A DNA stretch of 64,000 nucleotides from Magallana gigas. Its lineage: Eukaryota. A program made the translations under genes and the position numbers. The notes under the pieces are model-generated. The model did not search any database. It was not told the DNA's origin and saw only the letters and a program-made list of their open reading frames with translations. This document shows positions 59,769-64,000 of this stretch, piece by piece. The stretch covers positions 48,360,001 to 48,424,000 of the forward strand of contig NC_088857.1 in assembly GCF_963853765.1 (NCBI RefSeq), given 5' to 3'. Every line of letters begins with the position of its first letter. Position 1 is the stretch's first letter.

Positions 59769-61112
59769 ATGAAGCGATCGTTTCAAGATTATCTTTTCAC
59801 ACTGGGTAAGTATTTTTTTTTTAAATTCTGCAAAAAACATTTTATATGAAGAAAGTTCATAAAATCGTGAATTTATGAAATTAATGAAATAGATAATGAT
59901 AATCGTGATTTAACTTTTAACCACTACAAGTTATCAGTGTAAATTCTATATTAACTTTAAGCTCCCTTACTTCTGATCTTTAACTTGGTCCAAACACTGA
60001 ATCGTTCAGAAGCTAGCATAACAAGCATTCTGAGAGTATTGCATAAGCAATACACGTCCCCTACCGGTTTGTAGAAATTTGTGGAAACAATGCACTGTTA
60101 TGCAGAATATCATTCTTACCGTCTTGTGTACCCCGAATCAACAGACCAACCCGATAACGAACCCGATTGTAATTATACAAAAACCCCTTTCGATTAAATT
60201 AACAACAGAATGCTTGAAACTATTTTAGAGAACTTGTTTGTTTTGTTAGACACAAGTAATGCACGATATTATTACTGACTACATACTTTCCTCGTTTATT
60301 CGTTATACCTCGGTGAAACCAGTAGGGGACTAATAACTAATACGCGTTCTTTGATATTGTTTCTCAGCTGTTTTGACCAGCGTTGTACGACCGATCCTTT
60401 CCCTGCCTCCCTCCAACTACTCCTGGGGCCTGGAGAAAGCTCTTAGGACGGAACTATTTGAGAACGCGAATTACTCCGCCTTCCAGCGACCGGTCAAGAA
60501 AGTGGACGTTAAGGTGGCGCTGACGTTACTGACCGTCAATGAATTAGTGAGTAAACAGGCACAAAGAAAAAAATAATCCGGACTGAGATACAACAGTAAA
60601 GCACAATTCATTAGACTTTATATATTACAATGTAACCAATACTTGGCATCGTTAAATTTCGTGGTGGCTCAGTTTTCGTAGAATTCATGGGTACCCCTCA
60701 TTCAAGAATTAACCTCCTCCGCGAATTTAGGAATAAGAGTAATAAATTCATATTTTCCTTGTATGTATAAGATACATGTACTACACGAAATTACGTCCCC
60801 ATAAACCTGTAATATTGATGCCATCCACGAAAATTGGCCCCCACGAATTTAAATGATTCCATGGTAGTTGGTGTGACGAAATCTTGCACTGGAAGTAACT
60901 ATTTTCAAATTTTGACTTATTTCTACAAATATTATATAATGAAAAAGTAAACTAAAAATAGATCATGTTTTCTGATATGAAAATTTTCAGACAGTCTAAA
61001 TTTATTACATTTAATTCAATTGAAATCACCTGGACCTGTTCTACATTTGTTTTATTTGTTTCTCCAGAATGTGAGGGACCAGATTCTGTCAGTGTCCGGT
61101 TACCTATCTATA
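59769..61112 (+). CDS. Cys-loop ligand-gated ion channel (nicotinic acetylcholine receptor-like) subunit, first three exons only (partial)
   Basis: Exons 59769-59805, 60368-60546, 61068-61112 with compatible phases: [77 protein letters not shown], matching the N-terminal L..LF..Y...RP...V.V.L.L..I.EL...QIL pattern. No further exon identified before 64000. Confidence 0.82.
60640..60866. mobile_element. Diverged TA-flanked MITE in intron 2 of the channel gene
   Basis: ATCGTTAAATTTCGTGGTGGCTCAGTTTTCGT vs ACGAAAATTGGCCCCCACGAATTTAAATGAT imperfect TIRs. Confidence 0.7.
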
Positions 61113-62360
61113 GTGAGTACACTGTTTAAAAGAAAGGGAAAATCCATTCTCTTTGTTGAAAATGAATCACATAGATTAGTCAGTACTTCTTCTACATCAA
61201 CCTTTTAATCACGATGCAATTTGCATCACGGCTCTCTTTATGACATTTATGTAAATAAAATGTGTTATCAGATTTTCTATACATTATGTTAAAACCTTGT
61301 TGCAGACATTAACTGATTACTATAGTGACATCACAGGTGTTTACAACAATCTGTTTGGTTGGTTGTAAAAGAACCTGGGGGAATAAGCCGAGGCATATGC
61401 CCACAAGTGGTCACAATCCTATCACTATTATGTTTCAAATGACAATCACGCGTTTAGAATAATACATGTATTAACTTTAAATATTTTTATTCCTGTGCTT
61501 ACATATCTCCAGAGAATTTATTATGTGCGTGTAAAGAGAATAATTCCAATCTTTCGTCTTAAAATCTATAATTTGTACCCCCTCGACAAAGTAACATGTT
61601 TATTTTAAAAAAAATATATACTTAAGATAATCGTAACTTATTTAGCAGTTAACTAAAAAATATAGTATGATTCAGTGCGTGTGTTAAAATTATAACAACG
61701 CAATTTTTAATTTCTTTACGTCAAATGAGTTTTCGAATTCAAACAAAGACATGAACAAATTTTACAACACGATTTATTAGAATCGAACACCTTCTTCGTC
61801 ATACTTATATTCCAAGAACTCCTCGCTAACCCCTACACCACGGAATCACATGTTATAATCCCTTTAAATAACAAACGCAATGTAGTATTGCGCAAGCACA
61901 ATTCGATCTTTGCCATTTGATGATCATCTTGAAAATTGAAGGAGGAAAACTTGCTTTTTACCATAGAGTGGGTCTCGGTACCACTTTTTTGAAAATTGAA
62001 AAAGATAGACATTTACATGTTTTATCAGTATACGTTCTTTAAAAAATTGTATGATGACCCACTCTATAAATCAAAGTACTGAAGTACTGTCGGGAGTTGA
62101 TTTTATTGATTATTATCAATTTTAAAATCAACGATATGGTATTTTGCCTGGCAAGTAGTTTCTAATCCGTATTTGAATTACGCACATTTTTATAATATGA
62201 ATTGTCAAACTTTTCCGACAGGAATTTCGAGAAAACCCCATATGAATCATGCTGTGTAATATTTAAAGATAGAATTAATTCCATCAAACTGTACATGTGT
62301 ATCAGTAATCGAAATGTGTCTAAAAATTGTACACGTCTGGATCCAAGCAATATTGAACTC

Positions 62361-62474
62361 TAGTCTCGTTCAACCAGACACGCGGCTGTCTCCGTTAATC
62401 TCTGACTACCAAGAGAGACTCTCTGCTTGTCGTAGATTTACGGAGACAGCCGAGCGTCTGGTTGAACGAGACTA
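62361..62474. mobile_element. 114-bp almost fully palindromic element with TAG...CTA termini
   Basis: TAGTCTCGTTCAACCAGAC.CGCGGCTGTCTCCGT.AATCT ... AGATTTACGGAGACAGCCGAGCGTCTGGTTGAACGAGACTA. Confidence 0.75.
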
Positions 62475-64000
62475 TATAGAACTTTGGCGTAGGAATACAT
62501 ACAATTACAAAAAACAATTAAATTGTTCGTACTATATAAAATCTGACTATTTTCAAGGTGTTTATAAATACGTTTCTTTTGAAAAACTATGGTATAGTAT
62601 ACAGTACACCGAATTAATCTATTATTGCGTGGACCCTGAGGTCCACGCAGAAAATATATAAGCGAGGTTAAACCGGATGCTATGGGGAAAATTCAGCCTG
62701 CGCATGAGCTAGCCTGGTTCCTGTATAAAAGTTTTAATCTCAAGAAAAATGCATCAAAATATGAAATTTTTGATTTACACAAAGCTGTCACTGCATAGTT
62801 AACAAAGTAGTGCGAATCGTAATGTGTGCGCAAATAGTAGAATTCACCGAATGCCTGATACTATACATGCAAACTTCATTCATAGATAGATCATAATTAT
62901 TTTAGAAGTATGAATCCTTTAAATTCTGATATAAAAAGTCAGGGCTATACATACATGTACATGTATACGTAATACAACGTACAAATTAATTTAGTGGTTA
63001 AAAGCAGAGGAATCTCTGATAATCTTAAGGCTTTCACGTTTTCGTTGGAAACACATGCAAATGGTCCACGTATTGTAGTCCTTTTTTTAAAGGACAGCAA
63101 CTTGTTTTCAAGATCTACGTCTTGTCAGCGGTGATAATTTGTGCTTAGGTCCAAACACTGTTTCACTTTCGGTTTGTCAGAGTAACTGCATAGGAGAGTT
63201 GATTAAAATCAACTCCCAAAAACTATAGTCTGAATATCAGATTTCATTAGCATTTTGTTGCTCAATTAGCATATACATATTTTGATGTCTTAATATCAAT
63301 TAGATTTAAAGTCAATTTTGAAGGTTTTGGCAATACTGAATGCAAATGATTACATACGAGTATGCTTAGTAAATGTAACAAAAGTAGTATTTGTAAGGGA
63401 AAAAAAGGTGTGGGATTTTCAAATGCACTTAAATGGGTTTATGCCTAAATAAAGCGTAGCGCTTCGCTGAATTTTAAAACTATTTGAACAAGCATTGCAA
63501 AACCAGATTTATCTTTTCTCGTAATGAATAGTTAATAAAAGCGAGATCTTCCAGGAATTTTCTTTAGTAAGTATCGTTTGGTGGCAAATTGTACGTCACA
63601 TTTGTTTATCGTCTATGAGTCATGTTGATGATATAAGATTAAGGGATGAAAGTAAGATTTTTCTTCATTTAGCTTCGTTTAAGTAGAAAATCAGGCACAA
63701 TGGCCGGACTCGCCTATTGAAATTTTTGGAAAGCTTATATATAAGATATCTTAAGATCTGAGATTTTAATTTATGTTGCCAGTCTATTTACCACTTAAAA
63801 CAATATAATTCGAACTTATCCATAATAGTTATAGATAAGTTTGAAAATAATAAACATGTATTTAATGTAACATTTTCACAAGTAACCTTCATCTTCCCAA
63901 GTCAAGGGTTTCTTAGAGCAGGGCGGATCAGAAACCAGATGAAGTAGCCTTTTGTCGTATGTATATAAAACATGCGGATCCGATGATAGTTTATGTACAA

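Noticed and set aside
63195-63230. Hairpin GGAGAGTTGATTAAAATCAACTCCC followed by CTATAGT, as a Helitron 3' end
   Set aside because: No matching 5' end or second full copy could be defined.

Overview
AT-rich eukaryotic genomic DNA with spliceosomal introns, most consistent with a Crassostrea/Magallana-type oyster. The species call is an inference from a ~168-bp Cg170-like satellite carried in a Helentron-type element and a mollusc-style gene set. Hand-splicing gives six protein-coding genes with frame-consistent exons: (1) 12-exon PTGR3/ZADH2 (-), with two GC-AG introns and a C-terminal SKL; (2) 4-exon nurim (+), head-to-head with PTGR3; (3) an 11-exon coiled-coil/BAR-like protein (-) resembling fungal eisosome Pil1/Lsp1; (4) a single-coding-exon 729-aa Ser/Thr kinase fused to a NUDT22-like/bacterial-type Nudix fold (+), divergent from gene 3; (5) a 19-exon secreted ADAMTS-type metalloprotease (+) with six PLAC-like modules, a Pro/Thr linker and an Arg-rich tail; (6) the first three exons of a Cys-loop (nAChR-like) channel subunit (+). 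Introns and spacers contain non-autonomous DNA transposons (TA-type, TTAA/Kolobok-like, Helentron-like, several nested), a deleted mariner, a 3.2-kb 20-bp minisatellite and microsatellites. The most interesting items are the kinase-Nudix fusion, the Pil1-like gene, and an excess of TA-NN-NN-TA octamers that look like transposon excision footprints. All homology calls come from remembered motifs, not database searches.
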